DNA from: Octopus vulgaris
Taxonomy: Eukaryota
Assembly: GCA_951406725.2 (NCBI GenBank)
Contig: OX597822.1
Location: forward strand, 50,282,001 to 50,346,000
Direction: 5' to 3'
Length of the DNA: 64,000 nt
Shown: positions 51,337 to 62,199 of the stretch, in pieces
Numbering within the stretch: the first letter of the stretch is position 1
How the letters are laid out: every line of letters starts with the position of its first letter
Notes under the pieces: generated by a model
The model's input: the letters and a program-made list of their open reading frames with translations, nothing else
What the model was told of the DNA's origin: nothing
Database searches by the model: none
Made by a program: the position numbers and the translations under genes

Positions 51337-52300
51337 CGTGTGTGTGTATGCATATATACATGCATATGTATATACAAATATAAATATGAGTGTGTGCATG
51401 TGTATATAAGTATACGTATGAACCTGTATGCGCACGCATATGCGTGTATGAATACATTATGGATTCGTGTGAGCATGAATACATGTATGTATATGTGTAT
51501 GTGCGTGCGCATATATATATATATATATATATATAGTTAATCCAAACGAGAAAACGCAAAAAAACAACAACGCGAGGACGTGGAACAAATATAGTATTAT
51601 TGGACGCTCAGGAAAGAAGGGAAGAAGGAAGGTTTGACGTTTCGAGCGGAGCTCTTTGTCGGAAACATATGAGAAGAAAAGATCCCGAGAAGGGAAGGCA
51701 GAGGAAAAAAATCGCCAACGGTACACACGAGGTCACACGTATACATGAGTATCTTTTTGTATATATGTATGTATATACACATATGTGTATATACAATAAA
51801 TTTTACTACTAAAACGACTACTTACTTTGGTATCACGCTACCCATACTTTTTCTCTACCCATCCCTTAATACATCCCTATCATATCATCCCTACCCACAT
51901 ATCCCACACTTATTCACTCCTTAACTTCTCATCTCTACTTATCCACTCCTCTCTCACTCTTCTCCCATCTTCCCCACATTATCTTGACCCCCAACTAACA
52001 CTCCGTTTCTCACCTCTGTCGGCCTTCATATTTTTTCTTGTCTCTCACTCTTTCTTTTTCTCTTTTTATTATCATTACTCTTTAAACCTTTTTCTTTTTT
52101 CTCTTTTCCTCTCATTTCCCTTCCTCTCTTCAATTTGACCTATCTCTTCATTCTAAACATACACATCTCCCCCCACCTATCCACAAATACTACCAATACA
52201 TTCTCAAATTTTCATCCACACCAGAAAAACCCTTCGAATGAGTGTCTTATTTGCTGTTGAAATCCTTCATCACCAATGCGATCGAAGCACCGCAACACCG
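49575..52300 (+). mobile_element. Penelope-like retroelement (RT thumb, GIY-YIG and 3' region), pseudogenised
   Basis: NFLDVTL..SNH..KGISIRVSDISSTEEVFNKHAPYYNQAL..ILWYTPRFS..FNRSTL..YS..CNCR..NVIYKCTV..DFKQRYAAHLSSFRYEKHSKSTTLASHI..CKH. Pyrimidine-rich 3' region. Confidence 0.85.
51535..51742 (-). mobile_element. Short HHR-bearing element, family H3 (relative of H2), nested in a (TA)n tract of the PLE 3' region
   Basis: Minus strand 51666-51632 reads GTTT-CCGACAAA-GAGC-TCC-GCTC-GAAA-CG-TC-AAAC. Shares TTCCTGAGCGT..AATAC with H2. Confidence 0.7.
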
Positions 52301-53015
52301 ATAAGCGTGTGGAGGAACTTTTCTGTTTAGTTTTCACTTTTCGATTCCTTCAATTTTGTCATACTTGATTTCAAATTTGGTGTATTGATGTAGTTTTGCA
52401 TGATACTTCTGGAAATGAAAGTGAATTAAGCCATAACGCAAATAAAAAGTTAATAGCTTTTAAGATATGCAAATTTTGGGCAAACTTAGACAATCGAAGC
52501 GTAAATCGATCGGTACATAAACTGCAGGACATTTCTTTTGTGTCATTTAACGTTCTCGCTGCAAAATATGTATTTTTTGCATGAACTAAACTACTGTATC
52601 TTTTTACGTAAATTAAGATTCTGGTGGTTTTTGCATTGCTTGTTCCAATATTTAACAAAATTTTATTTATTAAATCGTATTAAATCTTTCATCGCTGAAT
52701 GTTTTGTCGTTGTAATGTTGCCATTAGTCGCTGTAATGTTGTCGTTACGCACAAAAATACCAACTTCCAAATATTGTTTTCTGACTGAGCTAAAATTAAC
52801 AAATTTTAAATCACTGTAACATTTTTCTAAATTATTTCAGAAATTGAAGGCAAGTAGAAAAAGATCATGTATGGATCGTAACGGGGACTATGCTATAAAA
52901 TGAATTTTATTTGGTCACATTCCAGGAGAATAGCTTTGCCAGCCTATGAACTTCTCAGGCGATCCTAATGATATTATTATTATTATTATTGTTGTTGTTG
53001 TTGTTGTTGTTGTTC

Positions 53016-53046
<31 letters not shown>

Positions 53047-53187
53047 CACTATACCTGTTTGTTTTCATATTATAATTGAGAAAATACACCATGTTTATAA
53101 ACAAATGTTGGACCTGGGTTTTGCAGCCCCTAAGCAAATTTCGTCCCCGGGCCATTCTTTGTCATTAACCATAATATTTTTATGATG

Positions 53188-53988
53188 CTAGTACCGGGAA
53201 ATAAAAGGTGACACAGTAATAAAATGGTGACAGTGGGGTGCTTTGCTGAAATAACTAAAGCTGAGCTAAGCGGAAAGAATGAACAAGTAGAAGGCGAAGT
53301 TGATACTTGTGGGGTTTAGCGGTTTATCGATAGGGAAAAACCAAAGGCTAAGATTGAAAGATAGCAGAATTGAGCAATGAAGTGAATACCTTGGAGAACT
53401 GAAAAAAAAAATGAAGAATTCAAAAATTGAAAAATGAAGAATGAAAAACGAAAAGAGAAAAATATTAGAAAAAAAAACTATCGTAAAAAATTAGAAAATG
53501 AAATGAAAATGAAAAGATGACGAGAAGCTGTGGTATTAATACAAATATATTATATGAACAGGGAAGAGGTATTTTTCATTTTGTCAGGTCTCCAGGGTTT
53601 TCTCTACATTATTCAATTCTTGCATCCATTTCCAAAAGCTCCTCACTGTTCACTGTTCATATAATATATTTATATTAATACCTCAGCTTCTCGCCATCTT
53701 TTTAATTTTCATTTCATTTCCTAATTTTTAATATTTTTCTGTCGTCTTTCATTCTTCACTTATCAATGTTTCAAGTTTTCATTTTGCCAGTTCTCCACAG
53801 GTTGTTTTTCATTGCTCAATTCTACCATATTTCACTTTTAGCCTTCGTTTTCCCTATTGATAAACCGTTGATCCCCCAAGTATCACCACCACCATTTTTT
53901 CCCTCCTAGCTCAGCTTTACGTATCTTAGTATAGCACCTCGTCTCACCATCCTACTACCGCGTCACCATGTTTATCTCCTTGTACTAG
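53188..53988. repeat. Long foldback: arms of about 370 and 335 bp, spacer of about 90 bp
   Basis: CTAGTAC..tatatgaacag (53188-53561) is the diverged reverse complement of ctgttcatata..GTACTAG (53653-53988). Confidence 0.85.
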
Positions 53989-56289
53989 ACAACAACCATG
54001 TTGTCTGAGATATTTTTAAGAATCATGTGTTAGAAACTCCTTTTCATCCATTTTTGTTTAAAATGAGAACGCAGAAAGCCGTATGTATGTAACAATCACA
54101 ATGTCTAACCGTTAAACACGTTCATAAAAAAATCTAGTATCTATAATGTTTCGTTGTTGCTTTCTTTGTTTGTTTTTGAAGTCCTTCCCTCCTCCGTCAA
54201 ACATTGTAATCACGTTTTTCACGTTTATACTGAGCGGATATTAGCCGAGAAAATATAAATATATTATTAGAAAAGCAAGAAGATTACAGAATAGAAAATG
54301 ACTCTCATTCAGTTAGCGACATTAAGTGAATCTATTATTCACTCTGCTGCTGTTTAAAAGCAAATGATTTTATATAAACATCGATAGTTATTAAGCTGTA
54401 CTTATGCGTCGCACAACTGTCACTTATGTACCACTTATACGCTTTCATTCAATCGCAGATTGATATCTATTCGTTTTACATTTTCCTAAAATTGATAATC
54501 AATTTTGATATATTGGAATTGGTAAAAACCTCTTCATTACACACAAATACATAGTTCAGTTTAGGAACGTTTTCTGCTGGGAAGGCATACTTCTACATTC
54601 AAATATAATTGTTTATGTTACATTTATTTCCTACTTTATCATTTCCACAAGTAATGATTTCTGATAGCGCATAGTTGTAAAACAAGGCATTTTTATAAAC
54701 TAATGGTTCTACTGATTCAACTTCAACTGTAAAAGGTGATGTATTTACAAGTGTTCATGTAAGTGGAAATCTGGACATTCACTCACCACAATTGATGCAG
54801 TGTAAATAATGCTATTTTAAAGCATATTTGATAGTTCCTCTCTTTATTGGCCAATTTAACATAATCAATGTTAATATTCAGAGAATTTAAATATCTCATA
54901 CAATTTCCGTTTCAGAAAATAATTAATTAGAATAAGATATACATATATCGGCAAACGTTCTTACTATGACACCGGGAGATCCCTTCCCCATCATCTGGTA
55001 TGTGGTTGCTCCATGTGCTAGAAACTGAAGCTAAATTACTTCAAATGATATGAAAGAAGTTTTGAAAAAACGAGCGACAGATTAGAGAATGAAGTAGTTG
55101 ATAATAAAAAGTAGACGTAAAATTTGATCTTGGGTGTCTTCAATAGGGACTGGCCTAGAGCTAAACAATGACATATCGGACAGGAAATATGCGTACGCCT
55201 AAACGCCTATGGTTATCGAGGATTATCCTGTATTGCATTTCACGAAGAAAACCTGGTATATCTTAGTCTGCCTATCTAAGGTAATCCAAACATTACTTCC
55301 AGTTTATATTGGTGGTAATATGATACATAAATACTTCCACTCGTGATAATATAAGAAGTTCACTCAAATGAATAGAGATGTAGTAATCAAGTGCTTCGTA
55401 TAACATACGTTAAAAATCAGGTGTAGTATTAATGGGAAATATTCTACCCAATTATGAAAGGTATAGTTGAAGTAGCCTCTGAATGTTAGGTCGCAAGAGA
55501 TAAAGCATCTGCGAATACGTTAATGAACAACTACGATAGGGAATCATCAAATATGCAAATTGATTTTAATTGAATTGGCACCTCTATAAATTTCTAAAAC
55601 GTTCGGTTTCTAAAAAGATTAGGATTGTTTTATGAATTTCATCTACAATATTACAAAGAACGTCTTGGCTCGTTGAGCAACGACATAAGTGTAGTGAGCA
55701 CGTTAGCTGTTTCCTCAATTTGGATATCTTATCTTATGCATATATAAAAGCAAGTTGTCTGTTTGTATCAATTTGCCGTCTACACCCGTTCGTGAATTTT
55801 CGTGAAATTTGCAAACATGCTAAAGTAACATCGCGTTTGTAACTACGCCCATTGGAATTTAATAAAAAGCTATAATTGGATGACTAGGGTCCCTAGAAGG
55901 GATCCACATATATAATCAATACATTTTCCTTCAACAGGCAAGGGAAATAACATTCATTTTCCTATATATAGGAAGACATTTTCGTTTGGAAACTAGCTAG
56001 TACTAGAATCGAAATTAAATCTTTAATTTTCCTATTAGCTTACAAATAAGATGGTTCTTATTCAAAAACAGCTAAGAACTCGCAAGTTGACAGCCAGAAT
56101 AATTACTGTCCTTAGTGATGTATTGTATCGCCACTTGACATTTAACCTCACTTAAGCAGAATTCACCTGTAAAACAAGCTTGACTCATCCTGACATTTCT
56201 TTCTCATAAACAGCAAAATATAGCTATTTGTATATCTGCGAAATTTCCTATATATAGTCAAGCTATTTCCAAAGCAAGCAATGTTACAC

Positions 56290-56450
56290 TGACAGGTTGC
56301 AAGTTGTTACGTTGTATAAATGCGTGTACATTCTACATTGCCTGCAAGTTCCTACGAGAAATTGTCAGAGTGACAAGCTGCAAGTGGTTACCTTGTATAA
56401 ATACGTGTACATGTACATCACATGGACTTCTTACAAGAAATTGTCAAACA
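56290..56450 (+). repeat. Two tandem diverged units of about 81 bp
   Basis: tgaca.g.tgcaagt.gttac.ttgtataaat.cgtgtacat..gaaattgtca occurs twice. Confidence 0.8.
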
Positions 56451-57229
56451 AGCTCAGTGATTTTATTTGGTATACATCAAGTTGAGTATGTTTATTTTTT
56501 AGTATTTGAACTGTTAGATTATTTTCGCAATTTACCCAGTACAACCCTTACACAAGTAAATAGTATTTTCCTAAGCAATACATCCATTCATTTCGGTTAG
56601 TGACTTATTCATGAATATACCATGAATGGCAATGCTTTTCTTGTCACTTCAGCCAACTGACAAGCGCTGCGTGAAGAACTGTTCCGTTTTCCGACAAATG
56701 CAGTCAGCACAAAGGTCACACCTTAATTACATATAGGAACACCTTAATTTATATTGATAGAGGTGCTAATGATTCTAACAACCAACCACACAAACATACA
56801 GACATCGTCATTTGTCTATCAATAATATTGCAATCTACACTGTTCTCATATAGTTCACACGCTGTTTACTTCTAGGAACATTTTCGTAATTCATATTGAT
56901 AGCTGTGATATTTTCTTTACGATATACACTTTACTTATCTTTAACGGCCAAGGGGAAATAACCCATGTAAAATCTCTTATTTTTCTTTTCCACCAACCGG
57001 TCATTTGCACTGTCATAAAGGTCACTTTCTTAAAAAAAAATCAATATTAGATTCACCTATTTCGGTTAGTGACCTATTCACGAATATATCATGAATGACG
57101 ATAATCTATCATGTCACATCAGCCAACTGACAGCCGTTGCATGAATAACTGCTTTTAAACAAATGCACTGTTATCACATATGTCACACCATGTTTACATG
57201 TAGGAACACCTTAATGATGTTGCTCATGG

Positions 57230-58125
57230 GAAGTGCCACAGTCTTGCTTGCACAAGACTTTATACAAACTACTTCTGTGGTTCCAAAGGAGACAAGAGCT
57301 AGTGAAGTAAATACCAGCATAAAGTCGTCCTACCTATGGAGCTGTGTGCGAAAGCTAAGACTCACAACCAACATGACAGTGCAGCTCAGTGATAATGATG
57401 CAATCGGAACCTTTTCAAAGCAATTGTTGGATGTTGTTAATCATACGTCGGTTGGCCAGAAGGATGGCCAGGCAAGCTTGCCTTTTGGACATACGATATC
57501 TGATTTAAAAGAACTAATGTATAAGGTGATTCCTAACCCAAGGAATCAGTTTACAGACCACACCTGGCTGGAACCCTTGCCAGTTTCGCTCCAAAGAATG
57601 TGGCAGTTGATTATTTGAACTTTAAATTCTACAGTTCTATTGACGCTGTACTCAACATCGTTGAAGCTTTGAATTATCCAGTTGATTTCTTGAATCGTAT
57701 AACACCACCTGGTCTCCCACCTCACAACTTGCACCTATTCTACTACTTTGAAACATCGACTCACCAAAGCTTTGCAATGGTACACGACTTATCATAAAGA
57801 AGATGATGCCAAGAGTCTTAGAGACAAAAAATTTGCCTGGTAAAACAAGCGGTGAACCTGTATTCATTCCTAGAATCCCGCTTATTCCCTCGTATATGCC
57901 TTTCCAGTACAAGCGCCTGGAATTCCGGTTGCAAGCGAGCTTTGAAATGAGTATTAACAATGTTCAGGAGCGGTCCTTGGATGCGGTAGCTCTGAACTTT
58001 GGGGAACCGGTTTTCTACTATGGCCAACATTATGTGGTATGCTCAAGAGGAGGAAATCGTAATGATTTGTTTATTCATGCTCCACAAGGAAAGGACAAAG
58101 CTGTTGTTTATCAAGCCCTGCAAAC
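57230..58125 (+). pseudogene. Helitron PIF1-family helicase C-terminal pseudogene
   Basis: LAQDFIQT..IKSSYLW..LTTNM; YPVDFLN..PPGLPPHNL; LCNGTRL; VFIPRIPLIP..SINNVQ..GQHYVVCSR. Confidence 0.88.
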
Positions 58126-58761
58126 AATACGATTCACCAAATCAGATATTTATTATTTTACTGTAATATTAGTAAGTGTTGTAAATGTATTGATAATCTA
58201 CATGTTATTATATTCTTAAATCTATATGCAGATTCATTTGTATGTCTACTGTAAAACTAAATGTTAGTCTTTTCTACATTGATTGTGAATCTATTTCAAC
58301 ACTAGTGCCTCTGAGGGTAATATTCTTTGGGGACGCACAATAGCACTTTTCAAAGTGATTTAATTTGAATCATTATTATCTCATATCTGACTAGCCTGTT
58401 ATTACGAAACATGCTTCACGATTGTGGTGTACATACCTCATTAATATTTCCTCCTATGTCACTCATTAAAGCCCTTTTCGGGGCTACTTTATTTGAATTC
58501 TTACTATCGGGTAAGTAATTTCATGTTATTACGTAACTGACTTCAGAATTTGGCTAATTAATAATTTATTGGGATTTCCTAAAAACAAGGTCCTATGTAA
58601 GACAGTTCTGTATTCTCTATAAATGCACAAAAACCGTTTTAAGGGCTATATACATTGTATTGCTGTTATTAGATTAGTGAAACATTTATGAGAGCAGAAC
58701 TAAGGGATTAACCATGCTATTTCGGGATTTACCGGGTACGTCAGCTTGTATATATATATCA

Positions 58762-58900
58762 GACGCCATGATAAATCGTTAGCCACTACACACATTTTTT
58801 TCTCTCCTTGTTTCTCTCCTTGTTTTCTGTGTCCCTTTCTGTAGAAGAGCGTAGGCTCGAAACGTAAAATACTTTTTCTATTGTTTTGTTTTTTCGTAAA
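58762..58900 (+). mobile_element. Short HHR-bearing element, family H2
   Basis: Reverse-complement homolog of 40016-40190, lying between a TA run and (CT)n/(TA)n. Confidence 0.75.
58836..58869 (+). ncRNA. Minimal hammerhead variant (CUGUAGAA core)
   Basis: TTT-CTGTAGAA-GAGC-GTAG-GCTC-GAAA-CG-TA-AAA. Confidence 0.6.
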
Positions 58901-58963
58901 CTCTCTTTCTTTCTCTCTCTCTCTCTCTCTCTCTCTTTATATATATATATATATATATATATG

Positions 58964-59044
<81 letters not shown>

Positions 59045-59390
59045 CTTTATCACTAATGCTTTTTAGTATAACACCTACACAAATTCCATAAACAAACTTT
59101 TCAATAGAAATATTCTCCTGAATTGAACTGCAACTGCTAGCCCTCACTGACCATTCAAAATACGACAATCAAGGCACTCCCAAATTTTTCCACCCCTTCT
59201 CCTCATCAACCTTCTTCTTCTTCTACTTCTACCCTACCAAGAATTCACAATGACCTCGAACACACAAGTGCAAACAAGAGAGACAGAGAAAGGCAGAATG
59301 AAGGAAAATGCCACTTATATTTGAACACTATACAAATATTCCTTTAAAAAAACTTTTCTTTTAATTTTTCTAAATTTGATTATTTAATCG

Positions 59391-59434
59391 TTACAGTTGA
59401 AAATGTCTCAAAATGACCGAAACCGGTACTGAAA
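59391..59434 (+). ncRNA. Degenerate hammerhead motif
   Basis: CAG-TTGAAAA-TGTC..GACC-GAAA-CCGG-TA-CTG with palindromic ACCGGT stem III. The core carries 2 substitutions. Confidence 0.5.
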
Positions 59435-59473
59435 TGTTCATTATAAAATTGTTTTAGCATTTTCTATCTTGAC

Positions 59474-59521
<48 letters not shown>

Positions 59522-59937
59522 GTGTGTATGTGTGTACGAGAGAGGGAGAGAGAGAGAGAGAGAGAGTTTAGAGGGATATACTATCCGGACGGATATCATG
59601 GAAGCTAGCAATTACTTCTTTACTGGTTAATGTCCAGGGGAAAGCGAGTGAAAGTTGCTTTGAATTTGAAATTTGATCTTGCTGTAAACTAGTATGGTTG
59701 ACCTCAGCTTCACAGCAGTTGCGGCTCGGAGTCTAATCAGGTCAAAATTATGTTACTGTTTTAGCGGGTTTCTTTGTGTATTGTAGTAGATTGGTACTTC
59801 ATAAACTTACTTTCAAGTATATTTCTTGTAATATATTTTATCTTAGAGTGGTTCACTCTAAGCTTTTAGTTATTCAGGTATTTGTGGTATATAGTATGTT
59901 TGGTAATGAAAAGTAAAAGAATATTTAGTAGATTATA

Positions 59938-60334
59938 GGAGCAGGAGTTGCTTTGAGGTAAGTAGCTTGCTTACCAAGCACATGGTTCCGGGTTCAGTCC
60001 CACTACGTGGCACCTTGGTCAAGTGCTTTCTATTATAGCCTCGGGCCGACCAAGTCTTTCTGAGTGAATTTGATAGACGGAAACTGAAAGAATCCCGTTG
60101 TATATATGTATACATATGTGTGTGTGTTTGTGTGTCTGTGTTTGTGCCCACAACATTGCTTCACAACTGATGATGGTGTGTTTACGTCCCCGTAACATAG
60201 CGGTTCGGCAAAAGAGACCGATATAATAAGTACTATGCTTACAAAGGTTAAGTCCTGGGGTCGATTTGCTCGACTAAAGGCGGTTATCCAGCATGGCCGC
60301 AGTCAAAATGACTGAAAAAAGTAAAAGAGTAAAA
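59938..60334 (+). mobile_element. SINE family A, full length
   Basis: Colinear with 7736-8138. Confidence 0.9.
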
Positions 60335-60995
60335 TAGATTAGGTAAAGATAGGGCATTGTCTGGATGTTAAGAACATAGGTCCCTAGGTTTCTATTCCCA
60401 CCTATCTGTGGGTCGGCTATTGACCCTGAATGAAGTTACACATACATGTATATCCGGTTGCATATACAACTGCACATACTCTGTGCAGCGGAAGCATGTG
60501 GAGGTCGTCGTAGCCATAAAGAATATGCTGTATGACATTGTAAAATAAAAGGAAATAAATTTCGCATGAACCAGTTTCTATATTCTCTTTTATTTTAATT
60601 ATTGCATGTATGTGTATGTGTGTGAGTATGTGTGAGTGTGTGTGTATGAGTGTGTGTGTGCCTGTGTGCGTGTTTATCAGTCAATCTGTTCATTTGTTGT
60701 TGCAATACGTACGATATTTGCGAGGATTGACTGTCGTTCCTGGCTCTTCCTTTTACATAATCTGCATAATCTCTGCTCTGACTCTGTACTGATTGATTTA
60801 CCTGCCAGTTCGCAAACGACTGGTAGTTGCAGGTGCTACCAACTGAAAGTTCCGCAAAGCGGCCACTATTCGGCTTATTGAGTCATAATGAGAGAATGTG
60901 CACTGTTTTGGATTTTCCGAGCCGCTTTCTCAGTAATATAATCGTGCACTGTCATGAGGCCCTGCTTGCTAGATCAACTGGTTACTAAACTTACT

Positions 60996-61036
<41 letters not shown>

Positions 61037-61074
61037 CGCGAGAGATAGAGTGAGAAATAGAGAAATACCATACA

Positions 61075-61158
<84 letters not shown>

Positions 61159-62199
61159 GGGTAGACAGTAAAGGAGAACACCGTCTCTTCCACCGATCCA
61201 CTGATACCGTCTGTCTTGTGAATAGCCGAAAGTATTTAGGGACTAAATGAAACCAGACGCATGTGATATATTTTATTAACGTGTCTTATATTGCGGGATT
61301 TCAGACATAAGAAACGAAATTACTATGTGATTGACGTCTAGAATCCACTATTTGACTTAATGTCACTGGAAACATTGCAATTTTGTTTGAGATATAAATA
61401 TGTCACTCATTCAATACTAGTTCAAATATCACTATGTACAGAAAGGTTTGACATAGTAATTTCCTCTACAACATCTCTCCTACAATCTTAGAATGGTAAT
61501 ATGTAAATATATTGGCAATAACTGGAACTTAAGTCATGCTGTCATTGATTCAAATAAAACAGTAAATAAGAATTTGACATGAACAAATTTGAACAACGAT
61601 CAGACAAGTTGCGCATTACTACAATATGTTACTAAATTTAGTTATCCATGTTCATTATTTCTTCTGCAAAAGGAAGTTAGTTAATGTTAGCTAGATGAAA
61701 TGGGTTGCTTTGTTTTGTTTTAATTCTATAAACTCTAAGTTCAAATTCTTGCAAATGATTTAAAATTTCGTTGTCCCAGTTATTCAAGCTGATACAAAAT
61801 AGTATTTTCCGAAACAGTAATAGATTATTATATTTATTTTATACAGTGTAACAGAAGCTAATCTATACTAATCAGAACAAAGGTGTAGTGAATGAAAACA
61901 ACTCAAGAAATTCATTTATTGATCCTGGTAAGGATGATAGACATTGTTTTCACGGTAGAAACCAAACTCAGAATACACTATTCTATCATCTATTCTACCA
62001 AACATCGCCTTTACTAATATCACATTTCTTCATGAACGTTGAAATCGACTAACTAGGATGATGAAATATACGGCATAAACCATGGAATTTGTATACGGAA
62101 TACAATGGAATGTAGCCAATTATTGTAAAGTATTTGGATCAGTTAATAACCTAGTATGATTTCAATGATGCTTCTACTCATTGCATAAAAACATATTTT

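Larger units (their letters stand above)
55727..58748 (+). mobile_element. Internally deleted Helitron with a PIF1-like helicase remnant
   Basis: 5' TC..tatataaaagc..tgtctgtttgt; helicase fragments at 57230-58125; 3' ..accgggtacgtcagCTTG-T (decayed CTAG). Confidence 0.75.

Noticed and set aside
92-61250. Numerous short ORFs rich in YI/HT/CV/ER/N/I runs in the ORF track
   Set aside because: They are translations of (TA)n, (CA)n, (GA)n and (AAT)n microsatellites or antisense frames of TEs, with no protein-family signal.
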